DNA from: Phoronis australis
Lineage: Eukaryota; Animalia; Phoronida
DNA length: 64,000 nucleotides
NCBI GenBank assembly: GCA_002633005.1
Contig: NMRA01000551.1
Location: 202,809-266,808, forward strand
Direction: 5' to 3'
Both the position numbers and the translations under genes were made by a program. The notes under the pieces are model-generated. The model saw only the letters and a program-made list of their open reading frames with translations. It did not search any database and was not told the origin of the DNA. Shown here piece after piece: positions 61,501 to 64,000 of the stretch. The first letter of the stretch is position 1; every line of letters starts with the position of its first letter.

Positions 61501-63602
61501 GATGAAGCAGTTTGTTTACTGCAGTATAGTGTGGAACTTTCTAGAAGATTCTAGCATGACAGTGATTAATGCAGTCTAGAATATTCTAGAGACTAGTACA
61601 TGTTTGTAGAATGGTTGGGTAGATTCAGGAAAGTTCTAGAATGTGCTTGAATTGATGAAAAGCTCCAGAACAATGCATTAGGCTATAAATACACTAGCAC
61701 GGGTTTGTGTTAGTCAGATCAAGTCAGCAGTTCATCAGGAGATAAAGTCAGTTCAAGAAAGTTCATCAGGAGAACTACAGTTGAGTTGCAGTGAAGAGAA
61801 TCAGCAGTTACAGCAATAGTCAATAGAGAGCCAGCTATAGACACAGCAGGTTATTGAATCAACGAGTGTAACAGTTGCTGAACGTGTCTCAGAAGTTCAT
61901 CACAAGTCAAGGCTTCGCAGCACTGGCTGGAGCATAAAACAGACATTACGTCGGACGTTTTGTTTGAGTAGGCTTGTGAACATACGGTCGGGATTAAAAA
62001 AGGATTAACTCGAACCAGTCTTCAGTCAATCATCGCACCGAAAGCTATTAGCACCGGTCTGTAACAACCTGCGCCCACCCACACACGGGGAAAAACGTGA
62101 CAGCATATCATAGTTCAGCAACAACTCATACAAGTTATCCAATCACTTATCGAGTATGTTCTCAGACTTAGTATTTTGTTGCACTGAGATTACATTATTC
62201 CTCAGAAATAGCTGCGTAGAGCATTACTGCGTAGAGCATTACTGCGTAGAGCATTACTGCGTAGAGCATTACTGCGTAGAGCATTACTGCGTAGAGCATT
62301 ACTGCAGATAAAATTTCCTACTTCAGCCTTCAATCACTTTACAAGAAATAGAACAGAGCACCCAGAGCCCATTCACATACTTGGTTTCATCTGACCCTTT
62401 GAAATAAGCGTTAACCGTCTCAGTGAAGGCCACAGCCACGGGTATGGTGTCTGCCATGCCTATTGTGAGGGGGCTGGGGCCCCTGAAGGTGGATATGCTA
62501 GAGCCACTTTCAGCTCGGGGCACCCCAGGTATGGCTGGACTCTGCCGACCATTGGGTCGAGCCGTCATCTGTAAGAACAGCCAGTGAAACAGTGTTCATA
62601 ATTCTAATTCATGGTACATTTTCAAAAGAATTCATTAACAAAGGAATGTAACATTCACACCTTTGGCCATAAGAAAGTTGAAATTGCCAACTAGACAATC
62701 CAATTGTCAATCTCTATTAATTAGAATTTCTATGTTACCTGTGACTACAGTTGTTTCTGAAATTTACCTCATCAAACTTTTACCTGACAAAACACCCCCA
62801 CAGCAGCAGCATAGCTTACCTGGCTTCCAATAGATGTCCTTGATGTTCTAGCAGCAGCAGTAGGCGGTCCAGGAAGAAATGCAGTCTCTGGATTGTGATT
62901 CGACTTTGGTGGAATGGGTGGGGGCTCGACATTGTTGTTACCCAGAAAGTCAGGAGTTTCTGCAAGTGAAAATTCAAGAGCTGTGTAAACAAGATCACTA
63001 AAAGCAAACCACTTCGATGATTTTTTACCCTTCAACAGCTACAGCACACGTGAAAAATTAAAAAGATAAAATTCTTCAAAACTCCTTTTTATTACAACTG
63101 AGGGCATGTGCCACTGCCCATCACAACAGAGGGCGCTGAGAGAAGGCAGAATTTGCCATCAGAGTAGCTGGAATAATGAGACAAAGTTATTTGTACCATT
63201 ATTTTTGGAGTGCATTGTAAAATGTGCCACTCACCTTGCACCACAACTCATGACAACACAAAATTAATGCTACTTGTCAAAATGAAAGTGAAGAACAATA
63301 AATTTCTACAACAATAAAACAACGAAATTGGAGGCAAAACACAGGACTAATCAAGTTGTACGTTTCCAAGTATAATTCCAAGCCACACACAAAACACAAA
63401 TGACAAGAACTCGACACTACTTTTATGGCAGGCTTTTGATGTTTCGCTACATAAAACTTACTTCTAGCTGATGTCCAGGCTCCATCATTCTGAGGAGAGA
63501 ATGAATCACCCGACGCCTTGCCAGCAAAGAAGTCTATGTTGAGTAAGTCGTTCTGACTGTTGCTAGATGAGAACTCGGGCTTCTCACTGGAAAATGTCAT
63601 CA
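55495..63602 (-). CDS. FCHO2: FCH domain only / SGIP1-like muniscin (clathrin endocytosis nucleator), 3' portion with mu-homology domain; 5' part lies beyond the window
   Basis: Eight phase-compatible GT-AG exons: 63462-63602, 62820-62959, 62381-62568, 60621-60776, 60061-60193, 58005-58207, 57053-57279, 55495-55538. Diagnostic motifs [90 protein letters not shown]. Confidence 0.93.
55711..56378. mobile_element. MITE (PIF/Harbinger-like) in the last FCHo intron
   Basis: Inverted pair aaaatctgtgtgggaggggggaaggca (about 55725) / tgccttccctcccctcccatacagatttt (about 56240); internal gggtggt repeats; right boundary uncertain. Confidence 0.5.
56531..56898. repeat. Minisatellite, 40 bp x 9
   Basis: Unit tttt(a/c)atgaaaaatagtaagaccacagcaactacttggta. 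Confidence 0.97.
57053..57279 (-). CDS. FCHO2: FCHo exon (WKLPDIS...KKRFATG)
   Basis: tgacag acceptor, gtaggg donor, phase 2-1. Confidence 0.92.
57297..57345. repeat. Short tandem repeat, 14 bp x about 3.5 (gtaaatagtgaatg)
   Basis: Direct reading; lies at the branch/polypyrimidine region of an FCHo acceptor. Confidence 0.85.
58005..58207 (-). CDS. FCHO2: FCHo exon (VKVSSG...[15 protein letters not shown]...SLPEATW)
   Basis: gctcag acceptor, gtgagt donor, phase 0-2. Confidence 0.92.
58321..58552 (-). mobile_element. Degenerate tRNA-derived SINE
   Basis: Reverse strand shows a decayed tRNA-like head (about 58490-58550) followed by a central domain resembling metazoan V/Meta-SINE cores as recalled. 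Confidence 0.4.
60061..60193 (-). CDS. FCHO2: FCHo exon (...[12 protein letters not shown])
   Basis: ttttcag acceptor, gtaagt donor, phase 2-0. Confidence 0.9.
60621..60776 (-). CDS. FCHO2: FCHo exon ([51 protein letters not shown])
   Basis: Translated by hand; matches the muHD segment TGxxxxSFPAGI; ttgtag acceptor, gtgagt donor, phase 2-2. Not in the ORF track. Confidence 0.9.
61412..62102 (+). mobile_element. Solo LTR of an LTR retrotransposon (691 bp) in an FCHo intron, antisense to the host gene
   Basis: TGTCA...TGACA termini, perfect 5-bp TSD GCATA (61407-61411, 62103-62107), TATAAATA at 61684, ATTAAA at 61993. Confidence 0.85.
61533..61715 (+). promoter_or_regulatory. Heat-shock element cluster plus TATA box and Inr-like site inside the LTR
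   Basis: GAActTTCtaGAAgaTTC (61534-61551), gtctaGAAtaTTCtaGAg (61574-61591), TTCagGAAagTTCtaGAA (61624-61641), TATAAATA 61684, TTAGTC with its A at 61712. Confidence 0.75.
62213..62305. repeat. Minisatellite, 15 bp x 6 (ctgcgtagagcatta)
   Basis: Direct reading. Confidence 0.95.
62381..62568 (-). CDS. FCHO2: FCHo exon (start of mu-homology domain)
   Basis: RGPSPLTIG...[14 protein letters not shown]; ttacag acceptor, gtatgt donor. Confidence 0.92.
62820..62959 (-). CDS. FCHO2: FCHo exon (proline-rich linker)
   Basis: ttgcag acceptor, CAG|gtaagc donor, EPPPIPPK; phase 1-0. Confidence 0.8.
63462..63602 (-). CDS. FCHO2: FCHo exon (linker, ...[10 protein letters not shown]...WTSAR)
   Basis: cattag acceptor, gtaagt donor, phase 1-1, open frame. 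Confidence 0.75.
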
Positions 63603-64000
63603 CTAATGTTACAGGACAGGAACAAGAATCACAACATAGGGTGTGACCAGTGACCTATGACCCATGACTAGTGACCAATAACTTGTGAATCATTTTTTTC
63701 AGAATACTTAGTAATACAAAAGGATGTTTTTTGCTCTTGAAATGGTTGCCACTCGCTGCTCACAGCAAGCATTAATGAACGAGTTGTACTAAAATCTCAG
63801 TGTACTTAAAGTAACTTTGTCACATTCATACTATGAACAAAGTTGACAAATATGTACACAGAAAGCGGTAGTAGCAAGCTCCCCAATGGATCCCACATCA
63901 GGAGCTGGCCTTCAGACGTCCGAGCATCACCTGATCAACAAAATATTCGCTTCCTGCACTGTATGTAAAACCTGAAGTGTTTAAACTACAACAGAATCAT

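Noticed and set aside
63830-63930. Possible further FCHo exon (GDARTSEGQLLMWDPLG...)
   Set aside because: Acceptor is plausible but no convincing phase-compatible donor; left out of the model.

Overview
Eukaryotic (invertebrate animal-like, AT-rich, intron-containing) draft genomic sequence with four N-gaps; no prokaryotic operons, CRISPR or rRNA. It contains: (1) two tandem + strand aldo-keto reductase family 1 genes with intron-free CDSs (8670-9665, 12919-13908) that share unusual active-site substitutions; (2) a repeat-dense stretch (about 14.5-31 kb) of MITEs, long inverted repeats, dispersed repeats and a possible decayed minus-strand gene; (3) a + strand gene for a C2H2 zinc-finger protein of about 1250 aa, rebuilt from exons 33080-33193, 40630-40725 and 45185-48736, whose disordered body carries a CTCF-like VYDF motif, several KIKL-type motifs and a duplicated MORC3-like C-terminal motif; (4) the 3' half (8 coding exons, mu-homology domain) of a minus-strand FCHo/SGIP1 muniscin gene converging on it. 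An FCHo intron holds an intact solo LTR (61412-62102, 5-bp TSD) built like an hsp70 promoter (heat-shock elements, TATA, Inr), and a 54-bp minisatellite in the putative FCHo 3' UTR carries ten miR-33 8mer sites. All calls come from reading the sequence; no database searches were run.
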